Notes under the pieces: model-generated
Seen by the model: the letters and a program-made list of their open reading frames with translations, nothing else
Database searches by the model: none
Told to the model about the DNA's origin: nothing
Position numbers and translations under genes: made by a program
Origin: an uncultured Gammaproteobacteria bacterium
GTDB lineage: Bacteria; Patescibacteriota; Patescibacteriia; 2-12-FULL-60-25
DNA: 64,000 bases
NCBI GenBank assembly: GCA_964457295.1
Contig: CAYWEE010000001.1
Coordinates: 14,298-78,297, forward strand
Reading direction: 5' to 3'
Shown here: piece after piece, positions 53,348-61,369 of the stretch
Layout of the letters: each line of letters starts with the position of its first letter
Numbering within the stretch: the stretch's first letter is position 1

Positions 53348-53528
53348 TGATCGTTCCTTGTCGGAGGACGCGCAAATTTCTCAGCTGGAAGAGCCGACAC
53401 TCTTCCGTTCGCGCACCTAGCGCGGCAAAGAGCACGCACTCGCTCTCGCCGTCCGGGTGCGCTTTTTGTTTTCTTGAGATTTGCGTATTTATTGCCTCCC
53501 TTGGTATTTCACGTTACCCTCTTGCCAT

Positions 53529-53837
53529 ATGGCATTATCTCGTGAAGATATCTTGGGGTTGGCGGAATTGGCTCGTTTGGAGCTGAATGAAGAGGAGGTG
53601 GCTCGCGCCGAGCATGATTTGGATGCGATTTTAGGGTATGTGACCCATCTGCAAGCGGTTGATACGACGGGTGTTGAGCCCTGGGCAATGCCTGCTATAG
53701 CCGAGGGGTTTCGTCCTGACGATGCTCGCGTGATTGATGAGCGAACGCGTGAGTTGATTATTTCTAATTTTCCGGCGCGTGAGGGGGATCTTTTAATGAC
53801 CCCAGGTGTTTTTGCTCGGCCCAAAGGATCATCTTAG
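53529..53837 (+). CDS. gatC: Glu/Asp-tRNA amidotransferase subunit C
   Basis: MALSREDILGLAELARLELNEEEV...ILGYVTHLQAVDT. Confidence 0.85.
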   Translation: MALSREDILGLAELARLELNEEEVARAEHDLDAILGYVTHLQAVDTTGVEPWAMPAIAEGFRPDDARVIDERTRELIISNFPAREGDLLMTPGVFARPKGSS

Positions 53838-53840
53838 TGT

Positions 53841-55274
53841 ATGCAACCAAATACCTTAACTATCGCCAAAGCGCGAACCATGTTGGATGCGGGAGAGATT
53901 TCTTCTCGCGAATTAACGCAGGCGTGTTTGAATGAAATACAAAGTTTGAACGGTGCCTTGAACGCTGTCATCGAGACGTACGAAGCGACGGCGCTTGAAG
54001 AGGCGGAGCGAGCTGATACGCGGAGAATTCAGGGTAAGGGCGATGGAGTGTTAGATGGAATTCCGCTCGTCTTGAAAGACAACATGTTGATTCAGGGTCA
54101 TCGTGCTACGGCAGGTTCCAAGATACTTGAGAACTATGTGGCTCCAACGGATGCGACGGTTGTACAGAAGCTCAAAGATCAAGGTGCAGTGTTACTTGGT
54201 CGTACCAACATGGATGAGTTTGCCATGGGTTCTTCTACCGAACGTTCGGCGTATGGTGTGACCAAGCATCCGCGTGATCCGGATCGTGTTCCTGGTGGTT
54301 CGTCTGGCGGTAGTGCTGTGGCGGTGGCGGCGAATTTTTGTTTAGGTGCTTTGGGTTCTGATACCGGTGGATCCATCCGTCAACCGGCCTCGTTTTGTGG
54401 CATTGTCGGGTTAAAGCCGACGTATGGTCGCGTTTCACGTTCTGGGCTTATCGCGATGGCGTCTTCGTTGGATCAGATCGGTCCCATGACGAAAACCGTA
54501 GAAGACGCGGCGTTGTTATTTTCTGCCATTCAGGGTCAGGATATCTACGATCAAACAACAAGTGATGCTGCTCCGTTTGTTCCGGCGTGGCGCGAGCGCT
54601 TGGATGGCCTGCGTGTCGGGCTCCCGCGCCAAGCCTGGGGAGAGGGGATTGCTGATGGTGTGCGTGAAAAAGTCATGGAAGCAGTACGAGTCCTAGAATC
54701 TTTGGGTGCGACGGTGAGTGAAGTTGATCTTCCCTACGCGCAAGAATCTCTGGCAGTGTATTACGTTCTGATGCCGTGTGAAGTGTCGGCGAACCTCTCA
54801 CGTTTTGATGGCATGCGTTATGGCTTGCGCCACGATCATCTTCCATTGCTTGAAACCTATGCACGTTCACGCGCTACTGGATTGGGCCCTGAAGTTCGAC
54901 GACGTATCTTGCTTGGTACGTATGCGTTGTCTCGTGGATATTATGATGCGTACTATCTTCAAGCCAAACGAGTGCAAACCTTGATTCGTCAGGGGTATGA
55001 AGCGGCATTTCGTTCTGTTGATCTTCTGCTTACTCCTACGGCCCCGACCACGGCCTTTAAGATTGGAGAAAAGTTGAGTGATCCTTTAGCGATGTATCTC
55101 GAAGATGTCTTTACGGTTGGCGCGAATGTGGCCGGATTGCCCGCGTTATCCGTTCCGTGTGGATCGTCTGACGGCTTGCCGGTCGGTATGCATTTACTGA
55201 GTCGTCACTTTGATGAAGCGACGTTGTTGGCTGCGGCGCGTGCTTACGAAACCGTCACGGCGGAAGTACGATAA
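53841..55274 (+). CDS. gatA: Glu/Asp-tRNA amidotransferase subunit A
   Basis: Amidase signature GGSSGGSAVAVA and the KDN...Ser-cisSer-Lys context. Confidence 0.95.
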   Translation: MQPNTLTIAKARTMLDAGEISSRELTQACLNEIQSLNGALNAVIETYEATALEEAERADTRRIQGKGDGVLDGIPLVLKDNMLIQGHRATAGSKILENYVAPTDATVVQKLKDQGAVLLGRTNMDEFAMGSSTERSAYGVTKHPRDPDRVPGGSSGGSAVAVAANFCLGALGSDTGGSIRQPASFCGIVGLKPTYGRVSRSGLIAMASSLDQIGPMTKTVEDAALLFSAIQGQDIYDQTTSDAAPFVPAWRERLDGLRVGLPRQAWGEGIADGVREKVMEAVRVLESLGATVSEVDLPYAQESLAVYYVLMPCEVSANLSRFDGMRYGLRHDHLPLLETYARSRATGLGPEVRRRILLGTYALSRGYYDAYYLQAKRVQTLIRQGYEAAFRSVDLLLTPTAPTTAFKIGEKLSDPLAMYLEDVFTVGANVAGLPALSVPCGSSDGLPVGMHLLSRHFDEATLLAAARAYETVTAEVR

Positions 55275-55279
55275 ACTAT

Positions 55280-55768
55280 ATGGATCCAGGTCTTTATGAT
55301 CCGCTGATTGATGTTTCGACGGCAGAGATACAAACACCGCTCTGGATGTATCTGATTGCGGGCGTTTTAATTCTGCTTATTCTCTTGTTGTTTATTTGGG
55401 GGATTTGGATGTTAAAACGTCGTCTGACCCGTCCCGAGATGTACGGATTGACGCGTGAGGAAATGGCGCGTCGTTTTAAAGAAGTTCGAGCTACGGCCAA
55501 ACAAGGACTTCTCGGTTCCAAGATGGCGATTTTAGAAGCAGATACGTTGCTCGATGCGGCGCTTAAATCTCTCATGATGCCAGGAGATACGCTGGGGGAG
55601 CGATTAAAGGTCGCTTGTTACAAATACCCGGATCTTCGTCCAGTATGGTGGGCGCACAAATTACGCAATCAAATGGCCCATGACGTATCGTTTAACGTGT
55701 CGCGTCGTGAAGCCGAAAAAGCCATTGATGAATTCGAGCGCGCCCTCAAACTGTTGAATGTTTTATGA
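55280..55768 (+). CDS. Hypothetical membrane-anchored protein, 162 aa
   Basis: One TM, then a helical domain with AHKLRNQMAHD. Confidence 0.55.
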   Translation: MDPGLYDPLIDVSTAEIQTPLWMYLIAGVLILLILLLFIWGIWMLKRRLTRPEMYGLTREEMARRFKEVRATAKQGLLGSKMAILEADTLLDAALKSLMMPGDTLGERLKVACYKYPDLRPVWWAHKLRNQMAHDVSFNVSRREAEKAIDEFERALKLLNVL

Positions 55769-56523
55769 TTCCCTATATTGAGTGGCACGCGTTTCAGGTT
55801 TTTGGTGTCACGTTTCAAGTATGGGGGATGTTTGTCGCTGTGGCGTTTATCGTTGCTACGGCGATTGCGGCACGACGCGCTAAAATACAAGGGCTTCATC
55901 CGCGTCATGTCTGGGATGTGGCGGCGTGGATTTTTATCGCCGCGTTTATCGGGGCGCGTCTAGTTCATGTCATATTTTATGAGCCTGCGTTCGCCTTGGC
56001 GCATCCGTGGAGTATTATCGACCCTCGTTTGCCGGGATTTGCTATCTATGGAGGCTTTATCGGCGCTGTTGTCGCATTTGTGTGGTACATACGACGGCAT
56101 AAGCTTGATCTTCTTTCTTATGCTGACGCCTTGGCTTGGGGATTGCCCTGGGGGTGTGGGATTGGGCGGATCGGTTGTTTTTTAATCCACGATCATCCCG
56201 GAACGCTGACGTCGTTTGTCTTAGGGGTGAAATATCCGGATGGGTCCGTACACCATGATTTGGGTTTGTATCTATCACTTGTCGGTTTCGCGATTGGCTT
56301 GATCTTTTTGATCTTCCGTCGTCGCCGTCTGCCGCCTGGATTTTTTGTGGCAGCTTTTTTCGTCCTTGATGCTACCGCGCGCCTCTGGCTTGATTTCTAT
56401 CGACTTGCGGATACGCGCTATGCTAGTCTTACTCCTACGCAGTGGATATCCATCCCTTTGATTCTGGGGGGCGGATACTGGCTCGTTGGTATGCTTCGGA
56501 GTAGTCCTAAATCTTCCGCTTAA
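55765..56523 (+). CDS. lgt: Prolipoprotein diacylglyceryl transferase
   Basis: ATGA overlap. Multi-TM with GARLVHVIFY and GIGRIGCFLIHDHPG (a variant of the GRxGNF motif). Confidence 0.75.
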   Translation: MIPYIEWHAFQVFGVTFQVWGMFVAVAFIVATAIAARRAKIQGLHPRHVWDVAAWIFIAAFIGARLVHVIFYEPAFALAHPWSIIDPRLPGFAIYGGFIGAVVAFVWYIRRHKLDLLSYADALAWGLPWGCGIGRIGCFLIHDHPGTLTSFVLGVKYPDGSVHHDLGLYLSLVGFAIGLIFLIFRRRRLPPGFFVAAFFVLDATARLWLDFYRLADTRYASLTPTQWISIPLILGGGYWLVGMLRSSPKSSA

Positions 56524-56539
56524 ACTTCCTCCTGTTTTT

Positions 56540-57235
56540 ATGACTGAAGAGCGTTCTCGTGTATTTATTTTGGTCGGCATCATTGCGTTGGTGGCGGTAG
56601 CTATCATCGGCATTGTGGTGGCGATTTTAGCTGGCCCTGATCCTTCTACGGGACCCGGTCAGGTCGAAACAGGATTGTCATTTTCTGATGAGGCTGATCC
56701 GACGCAGGGTCCGGGAGAGGCAAAGGTGATTGTTCGTATGTTCAGTGATTTTCAGTGTCCGGCATGTCAGGCGGCCGAGCCGGCCTTGCAGGCGATCATG
56801 AAAAAATATGTTGATCGCGTTCGATTTGTTTGGAATGATTTTCCATTAACAACCATTCATCAAAACGCTTTAGCTGCGTCGAACGCGGCTCGATGTGCCG
56901 AAGAGCAAGGAAAGTTTTGGGAGATGCATGATGTGTTATATGCGCGTCAACGAAGCTGGTCGGATCTTCCGGCTCCAACGTCTGAATTTACCAAGTATGC
57001 TCAAGAGATTGGGTTAAATGAGGGTGCATTTACTGCGTGTGTGGGTGGTAGTCGCCATGCGCGTAAAGTTGACAACGATCGTGCCGAAGGAACGCGAAAT
57101 ACGGTTCGAGCAACCCCTACGTTCTTTGTTAACAATCGCCGCATTGAGGGTGTGGTTACTGAAGCTCAATGGGAGCAGGTCTTAGAAGCTGAACTATCAG
57201 CTACGTCGTCCTCTGGCGCGACTTCAACCCCTTGA
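56540..57235 (+). CDS. DsbA-family thiol:disulfide oxidoreductase, membrane anchored
   Basis: TM anchor plus FSDFQCPACQAAEP. Confidence 0.8.
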   Translation: MTEERSRVFILVGIIALVAVAIIGIVVAILAGPDPSTGPGQVETGLSFSDEADPTQGPGEAKVIVRMFSDFQCPACQAAEPALQAIMKKYVDRVRFVWNDFPLTTIHQNALAASNAARCAEEQGKFWEMHDVLYARQRSWSDLPAPTSEFTKYAQEIGLNEGAFTACVGGSRHARKVDNDRAEGTRNTVRATPTFFVNNRRIEGVVTEAQWEQVLEAELSATSSSGATSTP

Positions 57236-57321
57236 CGCGCCTCTCGACCCCTGCATTCCGACGCGCTATCCTCATTCGTACGATTTTAGGGTAGAAATTT
57301 AATTTCATTTATTTCATCACC

Positions 57322-58134
57322 ATGTCTGAACAGCCTCATATGCACGAGCATCCTCATCCACACATGGACCCATCTTCTGTAGGTCCATTTAGCGGATCTC
57401 CTCGAACCATGTTTTATCTGGGTTTGTTTGTAGGGATCGCGGCGTATACGACGTTGTCGTTACTGTTGTTGCTTTCGTTTATTGTTTCTGGCAAGTCTGT
57501 TCCTGGTTTGGGTGGTTCTGGTACGGATTCAGTGGCTGTAGCTCCGACGCCGAGCGCCGCCCAGCCTTCCGCGCAAGCTCCTTCGGCTGCGGCTCCCGTG
57601 AAGCCTGTGGATGAAAAAGCTGATCATATTCTTGGTGCCAAGAACGCCAAAGTAACATTGATTGAATATTCAGACTTCGAATGTCCGTTCTGCAAGCGCC
57701 ACTTTGATACGATGAATCAAGTGATGAAGAAGTATCCAAATGATGTGCGTTTGGTCTTCCGTCATTTTCCTCTCTCGTTTCATCAGAACGCCCAAAAGGA
57801 GGCCGAAGCTTCAGAATGTGCGGCCGAGTTGGGTGGAAACGACGCGTTTTGGAAGTTCCACGACAAGATTTTTACCGAAACAACATCAAATGGCACGGGT
57901 ATCGCGTTGACGCGTCTCGCTCCGATGGCCAAAGAACTTGGCTTGGACGAAAAGAAATTTCAGACCTGTCTTGATTCTGGAAAGTACGCCGCCAAGGTTG
58001 CTCAGCAGATGCAAGAAGGTTCTGATGCCGGTGTGCAGGGTACGCCTGGCACGTTCGTGAACGGTCAATTGGTCGAAGGAGCTGTTCCTCTCGCTCAATT
58101 CACGACCATGATTGATGGGATGTTGAAGAAGTAA
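57322..58134 (+). CDS. DsbA-family thiol:disulfide oxidoreductase with a His-rich N-terminus
   Basis: MSEQPHMHEHPHPHMD, a TM anchor and YSDFECPFCKRHF. Confidence 0.8.
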   Translation: MSEQPHMHEHPHPHMDPSSVGPFSGSPRTMFYLGLFVGIAAYTTLSLLLLLSFIVSGKSVPGLGGSGTDSVAVAPTPSAAQPSAQAPSAAAPVKPVDEKADHILGAKNAKVTLIEYSDFECPFCKRHFDTMNQVMKKYPNDVRLVFRHFPLSFHQNAQKEAEASECAAELGGNDAFWKFHDKIFTETTSNGTGIALTRLAPMAKELGLDEKKFQTCLDSGKYAAKVAQQMQEGSDAGVQGTPGTFVNGQLVEGAVPLAQFTTMIDGMLKK

Positions 58135-58164
58135 GTTGTTGCTTCAAGTAGCAGATACAATAAC

Positions 58165-58195
58165 AATCCCCTCTAAAACAGAGGGGATTTTGTTA
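58165..58195 (+). terminator. Intrinsic terminator after the second dsbA-like gene
   Basis: AATCCCCTC-TAAAACA-GAGGGGATT followed by TTGTTATT. Confidence 0.75.
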
Positions 58196-58200
58196 TTGAG

Positions 58201-58305
58201 ATTTCTCCCGCTCCAGCACATGCCTCTTCCCGGTCTGCGGATTCCCTTTAGGTGGATGGTCAGCGTCCTATCCCGTCCAGAGACATGTGCTGGAGCGGGA
58301 CAAAT
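58201..58305. repeat. Hairpin element with a conserved 56-nt core, copy 2
   Basis: 24-bp stem 58201-58224 / 58282-58305 with 2 mismatches. Its core is identical to copy 1. Confidence 0.85.
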
Positions 58306-58310
58306 ATTCT

Positions 58311-59510
58311 TTATAAGGATGTCTCCATTGGATATCCTTTCTTCTTCCATGCGGCATTCACATCGTCAAATGGTTCGGTGTAAGTGCGACCAAGACGTTG
58401 GAGGCGGATACCGAGGACTTTGGCGTAAAAGCAATTGACGTAGCTGTTGCAGTAGATAAGTAGATCGGCCGTAGGGGGGACGAGAGAGATGATGCGGTTG
58501 ACCTCGGCCGTCGTTGTGGTTTCGAGGGGTAGAGACAGGGCGCCTAGAAGATGGCCGTCGGCATAGTCTTTCGGAGATGTTACATCAATGATCGTGGCCT
58601 TGTTATCGAATTTCTTTTTGGCTTCGTCGAGTGACATAGAGTAGGAGGGCGCGAAGACTTGGCTCCAACGTGTATGGCCCCGCCATGGTAATCCAGCATC
58701 AATCCAGCCCGGTTGTGATGGCATGTTGATGTCGCCTTGTAATCCTCCCTGGATGGCATATGCGCGAGGAAAGCCGTGTGCCCGTAACCAGGTGGCAATT
58801 TCTTGGCCACGGAGACTGGTCCAGCAAATGACGAGAATATCTTTGTCATGTGGCAATGTCTCGGCCTGTCCGTTAATCAAGTCTCCATACCGGATCCAGG
58901 TTGTCGTCGCATCGATGTTTCCTACCTCGCGTTCTTCAGCTTCGCGGATATCAACCAGAAACGTGCGGTCTGACCAGCCTGGCTCGGCTACCACTTGACG
59001 TAACGTTTCAATTGGGACCAGGATAGTAGAAGAGGAGACACGAGACGAGAGGAGATTGGCTGATGTCATTCCGACCGACGAGTCTTCGAGGAGCGGAGGA
59101 ATCCCTTCGAAGGGGTCCCTCGGTTCGTCGGACTCACTCGGGACGACAGATGGGATGTTTTCGTTTGCGTGTTCTATTTCGTATTGAGCCCGTTCGGTTT
59201 TAAATGCTTGTTGAGAGCGACGCAGATGGAGATAGGCAGAGCTGCTCACGATGATGAGGGTCAAAGTAAAGCTTCCTCCAAGGCATATCCAGGCGGCGCG
59301 GCGATGTTTGGGGGTTAGGCGCTGTGCGGTACGCTTGATCCAGATACCGAGCGCTCCAAATACCGTTGAAGCAACCCCGATCATGGTGAAGATCCAGGCG
59401 ACAACGGGCCTAACGAAGTCGGGTGAGGGGATGGCAAAGGTGGGGGCAGCGGTAAAGAGTCCGATGCAGACGAGAGCGGTAATAAGGATTATCATGGCAG
59501 TATGATGCAT
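58311..59510 (-). CDS. Membrane-anchored tandem rhodanese-domain protein
   Basis: Three N-terminal TM helices and two rhodanese-like domains (ILVICWTSLRG; LLIYCNSYVNC). Alternative start at 59495 avoids overlap with the divergent gene. Confidence 0.75.
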   Translation of the reverse strand: MHHTAMIILITALVCIGLFTAAPTFAIPSPDFVRPVVAWIFTMIGVASTVFGALGIWIKRTAQRLTPKHRRAAWICLGGSFTLTLIIVSSSAYLHLRRSQQAFKTERAQYEIEHANENIPSVVPSESDEPRDPFEGIPPLLEDSSVGMTSANLLSSRVSSSTILVPIETLRQVVAEPGWSDRTFLVDIREAEEREVGNIDATTTWIRYGDLINGQAETLPHDKDILVICWTSLRGQEIATWLRAHGFPRAYAIQGGLQGDINMPSQPGWIDAGLPWRGHTRWSQVFAPSYSMSLDEAKKKFDNKATIIDVTSPKDYADGHLLGALSLPLETTTTAEVNRIISLVPPTADLLIYCNSYVNCFYAKVLGIRLQRLGRTYTEPFDDVNAAWKKKGYPMETSL

Positions 59511-61340
59511 GATCTAGGGACAATTCCGCAAACCGCGGATGTGGGAGGAAAAGCTCGGGAGCTGGATCGGCTCATGCGGCAGGGTTTTACGGTCCCTTCG
59601 GGGTTTGTCATAGATACAGCTACGTGGTCTGCGGATGGATGGCAACAAGAGGTGAATGCGAGAGTTCGGCGGGTGGGCGGATTATTTGCCGTGCGTAGTT
59701 CTGCGGCGATTGAGGATACGGCTGACGAAAGTATGGCCGGGATGTTTTTATCAAAGATTCGTGTTCCGGCTGCAGAGGTCGTGGCTGCGGTGCACGAGGT
59801 TGTGGCTCATGCGCGTCGCGTGTGTGGAGAGCCGATCTCGGTCCTTGTTCAGGTGTGGATTGAGGGAGATGTTTCTGGTGTGATGTTTTCTCGTCATCCG
59901 ACCAAGTCGCTGGGAGAGATCGGCGTGATTGATGCGGTACGTGGAGGTGTGGCGCGGGTCGTCAGTGGGGAGGCAACGCCGCAGCGATGTTTTATGTGGG
60001 AGGGTGGCGCCTTGATTCCCGAATCGTTTCCGTTGACGCGTGATCATGTGGGGATGATGCAGCAGATAGCGTGGAAGATTCATGCGACGTGTGGTACCGC
60101 GGTGGATGTGGAGTGGACGATACGGGATGGGTCCATCTATGTGTTGCAGGCGCGGCCCATGACGCGTATACCGCCAGAACACGCGGAAGATCGAGAAGAG
60201 GGACGAATAATGCAGAGGTATGCTCAAGAAAAACAATTGTGTTTACAACGAGGGGATTTTGCAGAGACGATGCCTCGCCCTTCTCGTGCCACGCTTGATA
60301 TGTTGCATGTGTTGTATGCTCCCCGTGGACCGTTTGCCGAGGCTGCAGAGGCGCTAGGCTTGGTCTTTGATCCTCATGCCGCGATAGGATATTTGACGAC
60401 TGTTTTTGGATGGTTGTATGCGGACATGTCGCATGAGCCGATTCGGTTTCTCACGGGATGGGTGCGACATATGCGTGTGAGTTGGCGATTGCACAAAGAG
60501 ATGCTTGTATTTCCGCAGCGATTTTATGCGACGAAGCGTTTCGTGATTCCATCTTCGGCGGATCGCAAAACCTTATTTCATCTGTTGACGCAGATACACG
60601 GTATACAGTATGCCTGTGTTGCGTTACTGGCGCGTATTGCCGAGAAGCAGCCGCGGATACATGGCTCGGTTATTCATGAGGCGTGGCATGCGCGTCGACG
60701 ATGGCTCGATCAGCGTGAGCGAACGTTGATCTTGCAAGATATGGAACTTGGGCACGAAGGTGTTCAAGGTGAGCGTCGAGAGTGGAATGAGCCAGAACAG
60801 TTAATAGACATGTACGCTATTCTGCGTGAGGATGCGAAGGATGAGCTTCGTCCGCTTTTTTCAGCCTTGCGGCGTGCGTATGCGCATGATGATCCTGCCG
60901 CACTCGCTCTTCCTTCACCGATGACGTCCGCAGCTCCGCCGCTGACAATTCGGTGGTCTGATATATTTGATCTGCAACAGGCATCTGCGCGAGAGGGATC
61001 AGCGAATGGGGTGCACGGTACGGGCGTGTCGTTTGGCGCTGCGCGTGGTTTGGCCGTTATGCCTTCTAAACCGTCGATTATTCCATCGGGTGCCATTCTC
61101 GTTGTTCCATCATTGTCGCCAGAATGGTTTCCGTATCTTACGCCAACACTAGGTGGAGTTATTTCGGAAGCGGGGAGCCTAATGAGCCACGGCGCGATTC
61201 AGTGCCGTGAGCGGGGGATTCCGGCGATTTTTGGCGTGGTGGGAGCGACGCATCGTATCCAGGCGGGGGAATTAATTGCCATAGATGGAAAGAAGGGAAG
61301 TGTTTTGCATGTGGGGGAGCGAGATGATAAGTGGCTTTAA
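59502..61340 (+). CDS. PEP/pyruvate-binding plus PEP-utilising mobile-domain protein (PEP synthase / phosphotransferase-like)
   Basis: N-terminal VGGKARELDRLMRQGFTVPSGFVI...VRSSA ATP-grasp region. C-terminal GGVISEAGSLMSHGAIQCRERGIPA phospho-His swivel domain. Confidence 0.75.
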   Translation: MMHDLGTIPQTADVGGKARELDRLMRQGFTVPSGFVIDTATWSADGWQQEVNARVRRVGGLFAVRSSAAIEDTADESMAGMFLSKIRVPAAEVVAAVHEVVAHARRVCGEPISVLVQVWIEGDVSGVMFSRHPTKSLGEIGVIDAVRGGVARVVSGEATPQRCFMWEGGALIPESFPLTRDHVGMMQQIAWKIHATCGTAVDVEWTIRDGSIYVLQARPMTRIPPEHAEDREEGRIMQRYAQEKQLCLQRGDFAETMPRPSRATLDMLHVLYAPRGPFAEAAEALGLVFDPHAAIGYLTTVFGWLYADMSHEPIRFLTGWVRHMRVSWRLHKEMLVFPQRFYATKRFVIPSSADRKTLFHLLTQIHGIQYACVALLARIAEKQPRIHGSVIHEAWHARRRWLDQRERTLILQDMELGHEGVQGERREWNEPEQLIDMYAILREDAKDELRPLFSALRRAYAHDDPAALALPSPMTSAAPPLTIRWSDIFDLQQASAREGSANGVHGTGVSFGAARGLAVMPSKPSIIPSGAILVVPSLSPEWFPYLTPTLGGVISEAGSLMSHGAIQCRERGIPAIFGVVGATHRIQAGELIAIDGKKGSVLHVGERDDKWL

Positions 61341-61369
61341 ATGGAGGATATCTGTTATGCTGGACATCT

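Noticed and set aside
53841-55768. The absence of gatB after gatCA was considered as an anomaly.
   Set aside because: gatB is frequently unlinked from gatCA in bacteria, and the window cannot show whether it exists elsewhere.
59495-59510. The 9-bp divergent overlap of two start codons was considered as evidence of a mis-assembly or inversion junction.
   Set aside because: Both reading frames are continuous and an in-frame alternative Met (59495) removes the overlap, so start-codon ambiguity is the simpler explanation.
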